From positions 52,946 to 116,945 of the forward strand of contig CAWJPF010000020.1 of assembly GCA_963844625.1 (NCBI GenBank): a stretch of DNA of 64,000 bases, in the 5' to 3' direction. Both the position numbers and the translations under genes were made by a program. Each line of letters starts with the position of its first letter. Position 1 is the first letter of the stretch. Origin of the DNA: an uncultured Actinomycetota bacterium. Lineage in GTDB: Bacteria > Actinomycetota > Actinomycetes > Streptosporangiales > Streptosporangiaceae. Below, in pieces: positions 26,373-35,184 of the stretch. The notes under the pieces were generated by a model that saw only the letters and a list, made by a program, of their open reading frames with translations, had not been told where the DNA came from and made no database searches.

Positions 26373-26449
26373 TTAAGAGACGCTTGAATCTTAGCGCGCG
26401 AGGCCCTTAAGATACGAATGAATCTTAATTAGATACGATCGTATCTTAA
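26373..26449. promoter_or_regulatory. Three related AT-rich inverted repeats (TetR operator candidates)
   Basis: The three sites are TTAAGAGACGCTTGAATCTTAG (26373..26394), TTAAGATACGAATGAATCTTAA (26407..26428) and TTAGATACGATCGTATCTTAA (26429..26449). The third has a perfect 16-bp palindrome at 26431..26446. Confidence 0.6.
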
Positions 26450-26458
26450 CTGGAGGCC

Positions 26459-27919
26459 GTGATGTCACCTACCTCACCCTCGGTCAGCGCGGCCTCGGCC
26501 GACGTAACGCGGCGGAAGCACGGCTGGTGGCCGCTGGCCGTGATCGCCTCGGCTCATCTGATGGCGGTCCTGGACACCACGATCATGTTCGTCGCGCTGC
26601 CGTCGGTGCAGCACGGGCTGGGGATGACGGTGTCGGCGCGCCAGTGGGTGGTCACGGCCTACACGCTGTCCCTGGCTGGCCTGCTCCTGCTCGGCGGCCG
26701 CCTGGCCGACCGGATCGGCGCCAGGAACACGCTGCTGATCGGCGTGATCGGCTTCGCCTGCGCCTCGGTCGCGGCCGGTGCATCGGTTGACAGCGCCATG
26801 CTCATCGCGGCCCGGGCCATCCAGGGAGCGTTCGGCGCCCTACTGGTCTCATCTACTAAATCTCTGCTCATCAACGTCTACACCGACGGAGACGAGCGAG
26901 CACGGGTGATAGGGATCTTCACCGCTACCCTGACCGGCGGAGCGGCACTGGGCCTCCTGCTCGGCGGGGTCCTCACCAGCGAGCTGAACTGGCGCTGGTG
27001 CCTGTACGTAAACGTGCCGCTCTCGCTGGTGGCGATCATCGGCGCTCCCCGGGTGCTGCCCGCACTGCCCGGCCGGCCGGCGGTAAAAATCGACGTGGCC
27101 AGCGCCGTGCTCGCGACGGCGGGGATGATCGCCCTGATCTACGGCCTGGGCGAGGCCGCCTCCCTCGGCTGGGGCTCGGGCCAGGTCGCCGGTTCGCTGA
27201 TCGCCGCGGTCGTGCTGCTCGGCGGCTTTGTGGCCCGCCAGGTTGGTCACCCTAACCGGTTGCTGCCGCTGCGAGTGGTGCTCGACCGCAACCGCGGCTG
27301 GGGGATGATCGCCCTGATCGTCAACGGGCTGAGCACATTCGGGATGTTCCTCATCCTGACCTATCAGCTCCAGTCGGTCATGCACTACTCGGCGCTCCGG
27401 ACCGGGCTGGCCATCGTCCCGTTCGCCGTCGCCGCCGGTCTGGGTTCGGCGCTCCTCGCCCCCCGGCTCATGATCCGCATACCGCCCCGCTGGCTCGTCT
27501 CCGCGAGCATCGTGGTCGAGGCCGCAGGCCTTGTCCCCCTTATCTGGCTCACGCCGGGCAGTCACTACCTGCCCCTGATCCTCACCGCAACCATCATCGA
27601 GGGACTAGGCACCGGCGTCGCCGGGCCCACCGCCCTCAATACCGCGCTGCGGGCGGTCCTGCCCGCTGACACCGGAGCGGCGGGCGCCGGGACCAGCGCC
27701 GCCAGCCAGCTCGGATCATCCATCGGCGCCGCCCTGCTCAACACCATCGCCGCCGTCGCGACCACCAGCTACCTGGCCGCCCACGCCACGGCCAGCAGCG
27801 CGACCGCTACCGTCCACGGATTCACGATCGCCATGATCTGGGGCACCGTCATCCTGCTCGTCGCGGCGGTCCCCGTGGCCGTCTTCATCAACGCCAAAGC
27901 ACCATCCCGGCGTCGCTAG
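26459..27919 (+). CDS. MFS transporter, DHA2 (EmrB/QacA, 14-TMS) family
   Basis: 486 aa, highly hydrophobic. It carries 'LAGLLLLGGRLADRIGARN' (motif A-like), and its size fits 14 TMS. The true start may be the ATG at 26462. Confidence 0.85.
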   Translation: MMSPTSPSVSAASADVTRRKHGWWPLAVIASAHLMAVLDTTIMFVALPSVQHGLGMTVSARQWVVTAYTLSLAGLLLLGGRLADRIGARNTLLIGVIGFACASVAAGASVDSAMLIAARAIQGAFGALLVSSTKSLLINVYTDGDERARVIGIFTATLTGGAALGLLLGGVLTSELNWRWCLYVNVPLSLVAIIGAPRVLPALPGRPAVKIDVASAVLATAGMIALIYGLGEAASLGWGSGQVAGSLIAAVVLLGGFVARQVGHPNRLLPLRVVLDRNRGWGMIALIVNGLSTFGMFLILTYQLQSVMHYSALRTGLAIVPFAVAAGLGSALLAPRLMIRIPPRWLVSASIVVEAAGLVPLIWLTPGSHYLPLILTATIIEGLGTGVAGPTALNTALRAVLPADTGAAGAGTSAASQLGSSIGAALLNTIAAVATTSYLAAHATASSATATVHGFTIAMIWGTVILLVAAVPVAVFINAKAPSRRR

Positions 27920-27931
27920 GGCCTCCATCGC

Positions 27932-28417
27932 TCACGGCAGCAACTCCAGGTGGCGGACTAGCCTGGCCACCTGGTTTCTCGGCCCGATCAGGCTGACGGC
28001 GAGCACGGCCAGGTCGTCGGGGTGGGTCTTGGCGAGCTCCCTGAGGTAGTCGTCGTACACGCGGGTCGCCTGGGCCGCGGCGGGCATGTCGGCCGCGAGC
28101 AACTGGCGCTCGATCGCCTGCCGGCGCATAGCCACCAGCTCGGCCGAACTAGCGGCCAGGATCGAGCAGCCGGCCCAGGGCAGACCCGTATGCCACTGCT
28201 CCGCGGCGTCGGGACCGCCAGGACCCAGCAGCCCGGGCACCGTCGGCGAGGTAGCGGCCGACACGCAGACAGCGGCATTGACGGCCTGGCCAGGAGACAG
28301 TGACCGGTCAACGATCACGACCCATTTCAGTTTCGCCGCTCCGGTGCGTTCGCCGGTGCTCATCTCGTCCGGGGCGTACCCGTGGGCCGCCCGGCCCTGC
28401 ATATCGTACGTCTCCAT
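27932..28417 (-). CDS. DUF2000 family protein
   Basis: 'KLKWVVIVDRSLSPGQAVNAAVCVSAATS...' The gene is divergent from an Lrp/AsnC regulator, which is the usual context for this family. Confidence 0.6.
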   Translation of the reverse strand: METYDMQGRAAHGYAPDEMSTGERTGAAKLKWVVIVDRSLSPGQAVNAAVCVSAATSPTVPGLLGPGGPDAAEQWHTGLPWAGCSILAASSAELVAMRRQAIERQLLAADMPAAAQATRVYDDYLRELAKTHPDDLAVLAVSLIGPRNQVARLVRHLELLP

Positions 28418-28486
28418 ATAAAAATTCTAGCTAGAGATACATAATCTAATCTAGTTAGCCGTATTTAATTCGGCTATCATGCCGAT

Positions 28487-29074
28487 ATGCCTCACCTGGA
28501 CGAACTAGATACGGCCCTGCTGCGGGAATTGCAGCGTGATGCACGGCGGACGAACCGGGATCTGGCCGCCGCGGTCGGCGTCGCTCCCACCACCGCCCTA
28601 GACCGGACGAGGTCGCTGCGGGAGCGCGGGGTCATCCGCGGCGCTCTCCTTGACGTCGACCTCGCCGCCATCGGCCGGCCGGTGCAGGCGCTGATCGCCG
28701 TGCGGATTCGCCCGCCGTCCCGGCGCAACATCGAGGCCTTCCGCGACTGGGCGGCGCGCCTCCCCGACACCGTCGGCCTGTTCGTCGTCTCCGGCAGCGA
28801 GGACTTCCTGCTGCACGTGGCCGTCGCCGACAACGAGCATCTCTACGCCTTCGTCATCGATAAGCTCACCGAGCGACCCGAAGTCGCCGACGTCCGCACC
28901 AGCATCATCTACGAGCACCTGCGCAACCACGCCGTGCTGCCCGACCCCGCCGCAGACTCCTCCGCGGACTCCTCCGCGGACTCCTCCGCGGACTCCTCCG
29001 CGGACTCCGCCGCGGACTCCGCCGCGGGCCCCGCCGCGGACTCCTCCGCGGACCCGGTCACGAGCCGTCCGTGA
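28487..29074 (+). CDS. Lrp/AsnC family transcriptional regulator with repetitive acidic C-terminal tail
   Basis: 'LDELDTALLRELQRDARRTNRDLAAAVGVAPTTALDRTRSLRERGVI' is the HTH_AsnC region, followed by a RAM-like domain. The tail is (ADSS)n. Confidence 0.85.
   Translation: MPHLDELDTALLRELQRDARRTNRDLAAAVGVAPTTALDRTRSLRERGVIRGALLDVDLAAIGRPVQALIAVRIRPPSRRNIEAFRDWAARLPDTVGLFVVSGSEDFLLHVAVADNEHLYAFVIDKLTERPEVADVRTSIIYEHLRNHAVLPDPAADSSADSSADSSADSSADSAADSAAGPAADSSADPVTSRP
28952..29053. repeat. 12-bp tandem repeat (GCGGACTCCTCC and variants, ~8 units) at the 3' end of the Lrp gene
   Basis: Read directly from the sequence. Four consecutive units are perfect. Confidence 0.85.
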
Positions 29075-29144
29075 CGACTCGCGTGCTCAGAATCGCCGGC
29101 GCTCTGGCCGCCATCGTCGTCACCGGCCGCAGATTGGAGCGCAG

Positions 29145-29900
29145 ATGACGCGGGTGAGCTTCTCGCGGGCGGAACTCAAGTCGTTCACCGGCTCGATCCT
29201 GCCTGACCTGATCGACGGGGGAGTGCGGCTGCTCTTCGTGGGCATCAACCCCGGCCTGCGCAGCGTCGCGGTGCAGGGGCACTTCGCGCCGCGGGGCAAC
29301 CGTTTCTACCCCGCGCTGCTGCGGGCCGGAATCACCGATCACCTGATCGACGCGTCGGCCGGGCTCGCTGCGGCCGACCGGGCGCACCTGCTCGACCGGG
29401 GGATCGGCATCACCAGCCTGGTCGCCCGGGCGACGGCCAGCGCGGATGAGCTCGGCCCCGCCGAGCTGGTCGAGGGTGCCCGCGCCCTCGCCCAGCGAGT
29501 CCGGCGGTTCCGCCCGCGGGTGGTGGCCATCCTGGGCGTCACCGCGTACCGGACGGCGTTCGGGTCTCCCCGCGCCGTCCTCGGGCGGCAGTCCGCGGAC
29601 CTCGGCGGATCGCAGCTCTGGGTGGTGCCGAACCCGAGCGGGCGCAACGCGCATGCCTCCCTGGACGCGCTCGCCGCCGCCTACCGCGAGGTCGCCGAAG
29701 CCGCCGGGGTGCCGGTCGGCTCCGCTCCGCGCGTCGGCTCCGCTCCGCGCGTCGGCTCCGCTCCGCGCGTCAGCCCCGCCCCGCGCGTCAGCCCCGCCCC
29801 GCGCGTCGGCCCCGCTCCGCGCGTCAGCCCCGCCCCGGCGGACGGCGGACAGCGCGACCACCGATTAGGGGGTGCCGAGGGCGAGCGTCGCCGCGAGTGA
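29145..29900 (+). CDS. mug: G/U mismatch-specific DNA glycosylase (Mug/TDG family) with repetitive C-terminal tail
   Basis: 'LLFVGINPGLRS' and 'VVPNPSGRNAH' are Mug family motifs. The tail is (SAPRVG / PAPRVS)n. Confidence 0.8.
   Translation: MTRVSFSRAELKSFTGSILPDLIDGGVRLLFVGINPGLRSVAVQGHFAPRGNRFYPALLRAGITDHLIDASAGLAAADRAHLLDRGIGITSLVARATASADELGPAELVEGARALAQRVRRFRPRVVAILGVTAYRTAFGSPRAVLGRQSADLGGSQLWVVPNPSGRNAHASLDALAAAYREVAEAAGVPVGSAPRVGSAPRVGSAPRVSPAPRVSPAPRVGPAPRVSPAPADGGQRDHRLGGAEGERRRE
29715..29836. repeat. 18-bp tandem repeat (~6.8 units; GTCGGCTCCGCTCCGCGC / GTCAGCCCCGCCCCGCGC) at the 3' end of the mug gene
   Basis: Read directly from the sequence. Three identical units are followed by two identical variant units. 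Confidence 0.85.
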
Positions 29901-29948
29901 CAGTGTTATCCACGTGATAAGCCCGCCAAATCCCGGTCACGCCGGACG

Positions 29949-30977
29949 ATGAAGCTCGCCATGCTCGCGCCGATCGCCTGGCGCACGCCGCCCAAGCATT
30001 ACGGCCCGTGGGAGTCGATCGCCAGCCTGCTCACGGAAGGACTTGTCGCGCGGGGAGTCGATGTCACTCTTTTCGCGACGCTCGACTCGGTGACGGCGGC
30101 CGCTCTCGACGGCGTATGTCCGCACGGTTATGCCGAGGATGCCGAGCTGGACGGCCGGGTCTGGGAGGCGCTGCACGTCTCGCATGCACTGGCCCGCTCG
30201 GGCGAGTTCGAGCTGGTGCACAACCACCTCGACTGGCTGCCGCTCGCGTTCGGCGAGCACGCCCGGGCACCGATGGTGACGACCATCCACGGCTTCTCAG
30301 GCGCCGGCATCCTTCCTGCCTACACGCGGTCGCGCTCAGCGTTCGTCGCGATCTCAGATTCCGACCGCTACGCCGGGCTCGACTACGCCGCAACCATCCA
30401 TCACGGCATCGACCCCGGGGTGCTGCCGTACCGCGCCATTCCCGGCGATTACCTTGTCTCGTTCGGGCGCATTCATCCTGACAAGGGAACTGCCGACGCC
30501 ATCGAGATCGCCCGCCGCACCGGACGGCAACTGGTGATCTGCGGCATCGTGCAGGACGAACGTTATTTTGCCGACGAGGTGGAGCCGCATCTCGACGGGG
30601 ACCAGGTCCTGTACCTTGGCTCGGTCGGTCCCCAGCGCCGGGCGGATGTCCTCGGCGGCGCGGCGGCGCTGCTCCACCCGATCCATTTCGATGAGCCGTT
30701 CGGCTTGTCTGTCGTGGAGGCGATGGTGTGCGGCACCCCGGTCGTCGCCTATCAGCGCGGCTCCATGGCCGAGGTCGTTGACGAGGGCGTGACCGGATAC
30801 CTGGCCCACGACATCGAGTCATCGGTCGACGGCGTGCGTACCGCGGTGCGGCTGGACCGCGCGGCTGTCCGTGCCCGCGCCGTCGCGCGTTTCGGCGTGG
30901 ACCGTATGGTCGAGGACTACCTCCGCACCTACGAAACGCTGCTCATGTCGGCCAGAACCTCGCCGAGCGGAGCGTAA
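29949..30977 (+). CDS. Glycosyltransferase family 4 (GT-B, RfaB-like)
   Basis: '..FGRIHPDKGTADAIEIARRTGRQLVICG...EPFGLSVVEAMVCGTPVVAYQRGSMAEVV' is an EX7E-type motif. Confidence 0.8.
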   Translation: MKLAMLAPIAWRTPPKHYGPWESIASLLTEGLVARGVDVTLFATLDSVTAAALDGVCPHGYAEDAELDGRVWEALHVSHALARSGEFELVHNHLDWLPLAFGEHARAPMVTTIHGFSGAGILPAYTRSRSAFVAISDSDRYAGLDYAATIHHGIDPGVLPYRAIPGDYLVSFGRIHPDKGTADAIEIARRTGRQLVICGIVQDERYFADEVEPHLDGDQVLYLGSVGPQRRADVLGGAAALLHPIHFDEPFGLSVVEAMVCGTPVVAYQRGSMAEVVDEGVTGYLAHDIESSVDGVRTAVRLDRAAVRARAVARFGVDRMVEDYLRTYETLLMSARTSPSGA

Positions 30978-32392
30978 GCGACCCCGATACGGCAGTCATC
31001 AATGCCGTAAGGAATCCATACCAGACCGTCGTGCAGGAAGGCTCCGCACGAGTACACGACGCTGGGAACGTAGCCGTCCTGCTCATCCGGGCCCGGCGAC
31101 AGCAGCGGAGTCCTCGAATAGCCCACCACGCGCGTCGGGTCATCGAGGTCGAGCAGCAGCGTGCCGATAACGTAGACCCGCATCGGCCCGACGCCATGGG
31201 TGAGCACAAGCCAGCCCCGGTCGGTCTCGATCGGCGGTCCGCAGTTGCCGACCTGCAGCATCTCCCAGGGCGCGGACGGTTCCTGCAAGACCACTAGCGG
31301 CTCCCACACGTAACCGTCCGCCGACCTGGCCAGGCTAGTACTCTCCCCGTCGGAGCGGCACAGGGCAAGGTGCTGTCCGTGCACCTTGCGGGGAAACAGC
31401 GCCATGCCCTTGTTCCGGGCCGCCAGCCCGGCCAGCCGATGAGCACGGAACACCCGCAGGTCCGAGCTGATGAGCAGGCGCGGGGCGATTCGCCGCCCGT
31501 CGTAGGCCGTGTAGGTGGCGCGGTACTCGGCGGTCCCGTCATCGTCGACGAACCGCGTGAAGCGCGCGTCTTCCATGCCGTTGCTCTCCTCGTCAGCGGC
31601 CGGCGACAGGATGCGCTGCCCGAGGTCGGCGTCGCGAGGGAAGGAGGCGTTGTAAGCAGACGAGACCACCTTGCGCAGCAGGTCGACAGTAGCGGCCGAA
31701 CCCGCCCGGGTGAGCAGGTCGCGGTTTGCCTCCGCCAGCGCCCGCTCGAGATCAACGCCGTCGAACTCGACGGGGAGAGCGCGCAGGATCGCCTCGGCGA
31801 GTTCATCGAGATAACCCTGGTCAGCAAGGACGGCCTGCAGGTGTGCCCGGCGCCAGCGGGCAGGCGTGGTGTCCGCGACGGAGACTGGCAGGAGCCGCGG
31901 TTCGAAGGACCACCGCGCGCCGGGGCCGACGACGGCTGAGCAGAAACCGATCGACGAGATGTGCCCTTCACCGATGGCCCGCACGCTGAGCGCCAACCGA
32001 GCCTGGCCAGCCTGCAGACCGCTCTGGTCGGGGCTCAGCACCGCGCTCGGGTTGCACAGCGCCGCGCCTTCGGTCGCATACTCCGCCGTGAAGCTCGCTC
32101 CCAGCAGCAGCGTGCGCGCAGCCGTCAGCTCACGGGCCTCCTCGACGTGCGCGGACACGATCGAGGCATGCCGCCGCAGGAGCTCCTGATAATTGCGGTG
32201 GCGACCGCCGAAGTCGCGGACCAGGCCCGCAGCCAGCCGCTCGGCCTCGTCCTCCGACAGGCTCATGACGCGCCCGACGACCTGGCTGGCTCGCGAATGG
32301 GCTCGCTGGATCTCCTCGCCCGGCAGGAAGAGCCGGGCGACGACGCGCGCCGGATCGGGGCGCAGCTCGTCGTGAACGCGGTGCGCGATCAC
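30929..32392 (-). CDS. GH130-like glycoside phosphorylase/hydrolase (DUF377 beta-propeller) with ~200-aa N-terminal extension
   Basis: The C-terminal half reads '..NKGMALFPRKVHGQHLALCRSDGES...WLVLTHGVGPMRVYVIGTLLLDLDDPTRVVG...YVPSVVYSCGAFLHDGLVWIPYGIDDCRIGVA', which is the GH130 pattern. Confidence 0.7.
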   Translation of the reverse strand: MIAHRVHDELRPDPARVVARLFLPGEEIQRAHSRASQVVGRVMSLSEDEAERLAAGLVRDFGGRHRNYQELLRRHASIVSAHVEEARELTAARTLLLGASFTAEYATEGAALCNPSAVLSPDQSGLQAGQARLALSVRAIGEGHISSIGFCSAVVGPGARWSFEPRLLPVSVADTTPARWRRAHLQAVLADQGYLDELAEAILRALPVEFDGVDLERALAEANRDLLTRAGSAATVDLLRKVVSSAYNASFPRDADLGQRILSPAADEESNGMEDARFTRFVDDDGTAEYRATYTAYDGRRIAPRLLISSDLRVFRAHRLAGLAARNKGMALFPRKVHGQHLALCRSDGESTSLARSADGYVWEPLVVLQEPSAPWEMLQVGNCGPPIETDRGWLVLTHGVGPMRVYVIGTLLLDLDDPTRVVGYSRTPLLSPGPDEQDGYVPSVVYSCGAFLHDGLVWIPYGIDDCRIGVAYAPLGEVLADMSSVS

Positions 32393-33432
32393 CCCAGTTC
32401 GCCGATCCGGCGAGCCTGCTGCGCGGTCGCGAGCATCGCCAGGGTGGACTCGGCGCCCTGGTTGAGATTGCGGCCGTCACGTTTCAGGCCGTCGTAGCCG
32501 CCGCCGGTCTGGGGGTCGAACATCGGCGTGGCGCTGTCATTGTTTCCGAGAAACCAGTCCCATGCGAGGCTGATGCCCGTGAGCCAGGACGGCTGGCGCG
32601 TGATCCGGAACGCGCTCGCGCAGGCATCAGCGAGCGCGGACACCTCGAGGGGCTGCTGGTCGTAGCCGGGGCCGGCGTCGTCGCGGCCGCGGCCGCCCAC
32701 CGGCGTCACCGACAGGTGGTCATCGCGGGTCTCGGTGCGCAGCAGGAATTCCAGGAGGCTCAGGCCGCGGTTGAGGGCTGGCCCGTCGGGAAGGGCCTCA
32801 CCCGCGACGATCAGCGCCTCGGCCACAGCCGCGTTGCCGTAGCTCAGCCGCTCCTCCGGCCATGGCCAGCGGGAATCGTCTACCTCCGGGCCGCCGATCA
32901 CGGCCACCGTGTCCGTGAGCAGCCCCCTGGCTGCCATATCATCCGGTCGTTTTCCGAGCACCTCAGCGGCGCCAAGCGCGGCAAACGCCATCGACCGGGC
33001 GTACCGGGAACGACGCTGCGCCGCGATGCGGAACCCGACGAGCGCTCGGGCCCGCATGCCCCGCGTGTGCGCGCTCGTAGCCGCGACACCGAGGCCCCAG
33101 AGTGCGCGTCCCCACCAGTCACCCACCGCGGCCTCGTCGCGCCACTTTCCGTCGACGGCCATCCGGTTGTGACAGGCCCCGGTGGGATCGAGCGCGTCGA
33201 GGACGAAGGCCAGGTAGCAGCGGGCCAGGCGGCGGAGGTCCGGCCCTGGGTGCGGCTCGCGGCAGACGACGACCAGCCCGCGGGCGACGTCGTCGACGCA
33301 GTAGCCGTGCTCGCGTCGGGGGACCGTGTGGCGGGCGTGCTCGAAGAGCCCGCGGTCGTCAGTAAGCCGTTCGAGGTGATCGAATACCGGCTGGTGAACG
33401 TCGTTCGCGGGAGTCATGCTGCCTGCGGTCAT
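32389..33432 (-). CDS. Conserved hypothetical protein, possibly (alpha/alpha)6 glycosidase-like
   Basis: '..RGLFEHARHTVPRREHGYCVDDVARGLVVV...DWWGRALWGLG..'. It has ATGA overlaps with both neighbours: start 33432 against stop 33429, and stop 32389 against start 32392. Confidence 0.6.
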   Translation of the reverse strand: MTAGSMTPANDVHQPVFDHLERLTDDRGLFEHARHTVPRREHGYCVDDVARGLVVVCREPHPGPDLRRLARCYLAFVLDALDPTGACHNRMAVDGKWRDEAAVGDWWGRALWGLGVAATSAHTRGMRARALVGFRIAAQRRSRYARSMAFAALGAAEVLGKRPDDMAARGLLTDTVAVIGGPEVDDSRWPWPEERLSYGNAAVAEALIVAGEALPDGPALNRGLSLLEFLLRTETRDDHLSVTPVGGRGRDDAGPGYDQQPLEVSALADACASAFRITRQPSWLTGISLAWDWFLGNNDSATPMFDPQTGGGYDGLKRDGRNLNQGAESTLAMLATAQQARRIGELG

Positions 33433-34556
33433 GCGGCCGCGCTCGCCGTGACCAGGCCGGCCAGCTCGCGGTACTGGTCCGCGATGGCCGGCCATAGCAG
33501 CTGCGGCGCGGCGGCCGTGGCGGCAGCGGTCATCCTGGTCATCACGTCCCTGCGCGTTATGACCGAGCGGAGCGCCGCCGCGATCGCGGCCGGGTCGCGG
33601 TGCGGTACGAGCAAGCCCGCTCCCCCCGCGAGCAGCTCTTTGGCGTGCGGGAACTGCGTCGCCACCACCGGCTTGCCGGCCGCCACCGCCTCGATGAGCA
33701 CCCCCGAGGTGACCTGTTCGGTCGAGTCGTAGGGCAGCAGCACCACGTCGGCGGAGCGGACGAGGGAGGCCAGTGCGCTGGTGGTCCGGTAGTGACCGTC
33801 GAAGGTAATCAAGGATCCCAGCTCGGCCTGCCGGACCTGCTCGCGGAGGCGATCACGGTAGGCGTCGCCCTCGTGGAGCAGCACCTTCGGGTGCGTCTGG
33901 CCGGCGACCATGTAGCGGGGCATGGGCTGGAGATCCTGCAGCATCGCCATGGCCTCGATGCCCCACTCGATGCCCTTGCCTGGACCGAGCAGGCCCCATG
34001 TCAAGACGGTGAACTGCCCCGTGCGGAAGACCGGCTCGGCCATTGTGCCCTGCAGGGCGGGTGCGCCGTGCGCGATGATGCAGACCTTCGTCATGTCGGC
34101 GGCATACCCGGCCGCGAGCCGTTCGCGTGCCGCCATCGTCATCGTGACGACAGCATCTGCCTGCGCTATCACCGCCTCGAGGACCTGACGCTGGTGTGGC
34201 GTCGGGTTGGTCAGCACGGTGTGCAGGACGACGACACACGGCACCCGGACCTGACCCAGCAGGTGCAGGATCTCACTGCCGTCGGCTCCGCCGTAGATGC
34301 CGTACTCGTGCTGCATGATGGCGACGTCGCACAGGTTCAGTTGCGCGGCCGCCCGGCGGAGCGAGGCGGAGTCGCCCGTGATGAGCTGCGCGACCACCTC
34401 GTCGCCTGATCCTGGTGCGGGCGTGTCGACCAGGCGGACGACCCAGCCCTCGTCAGTGGTGGAGCGCAGGAGGGCGCCGCGCAGGGCAGCGGTGAAGGTA
34501 GCCAGTCCGCACTGGGTCGGCGGGAACGTGCTGACGAAACCGAATCGCGTGCTCAT
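33429..34556 (-). CDS. Glycosyltransferase family 4
   Basis: 'FGFVSTFPPTQCGLATFTAAL...VLLPYDSTEQVTSGVLIEAVAAGKPVVATQFPHAKELL' shows the GT-B fold signature. Confidence 0.8.
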   Translation of the reverse strand: MSTRFGFVSTFPPTQCGLATFTAALRGALLRSTTDEGWVVRLVDTPAPGSGDEVVAQLITGDSASLRRAAAQLNLCDVAIMQHEYGIYGGADGSEILHLLGQVRVPCVVVLHTVLTNPTPHQRQVLEAVIAQADAVVTMTMAARERLAAGYAADMTKVCIIAHGAPALQGTMAEPVFRTGQFTVLTWGLLGPGKGIEWGIEAMAMLQDLQPMPRYMVAGQTHPKVLLHEGDAYRDRLREQVRQAELGSLITFDGHYRTTSALASLVRSADVVLLPYDSTEQVTSGVLIEAVAAGKPVVATQFPHAKELLAGGAGLLVPHRDPAAIAAALRSVITRRDVMTRMTAAATAAAPQLLWPAIADQYRELAGLVTASAAA

Positions 34557-34844
34557 AATTCAGGTGCCTTCCGATCGGACGGCCCCGAAAGATTCGAGAA
34601 CGAAGCCTCACGCAACAAGATGTTCCGGCCCGCAGGCAGCGTGTGTGCCCGGCCAACCGCCGCACCACGCCTACCTACGAGGCGTCGCCCAAGACGGGTT
34701 AGTGCCAGTTGCCCTTTTACCGGGTGCACCAGGAGTACTACGACGCCAGCTTACTTGCTGATAGGGACGGCCAGTAACGGCAGCCCGTTTCACCCTGAGC
34801 GGGCGCAACACGCACGCCGCCTACCGCGAGGTGGCCAAAAGCCG

Positions 34845-35108
34845 TCAGGCCTGCTCCGCCCGCGGCGCACGGCGCCGCCACCACCGACGCCCCCCGTCCC
34901 GGGACAGCGTGGCCACCGACGAGCCGTAGAATCCCTCAGCCGCAGGCTCCGCCGAACGAGCCTGCGGAGGCTTGGTCGGCGGCCGGGGCCGCCTGGGTTC
35001 GCGGACCCCGGCCAGTCCGTTTCCGCCGTCGCGGCCGACGAACGGAACGTGCGCCCGGACCCAGCGCAGCCACGCCTTCACGTCGAGGCGGGGCAGAAAC
35101 GACGTCAT
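34845..35108 (-). CDS. Hypothetical small basic protein downstream of pyrD
   Basis: 87-aa ORF from the ATG at 35108 ('MTSFLPRLDVKAWLRWVRAHVPFVG..'). Weak support, as its C-terminus is low-complexity. Confidence 0.3.
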   Translation of the reverse strand: MTSFLPRLDVKAWLRWVRAHVPFVGRDGGNGLAGVREPRRPRPPTKPPQARSAEPAAEGFYGSSVATLSRDGGRRWWRRRAPRAEQA

Positions 35109-35184
35109 GCGATCAAGATATACCGCAAGTTGCCATCTCGCCAGGGCGGTCCGCTCGCGTCCGCTCTCAACAGCAGACGTCCCC

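Noticed and set aside
34557-34844. A riboswitch or leader RNA upstream of the GT4 operon, with a similar scan of 61985..62480.
   Set aside because: I could not recognise any known riboswitch core (cobalamin, c-di-GMP, SAM, TPP, ydaO etc.) by eye. This needs an Infernal/Rfam scan, so it is not reported as a feature.
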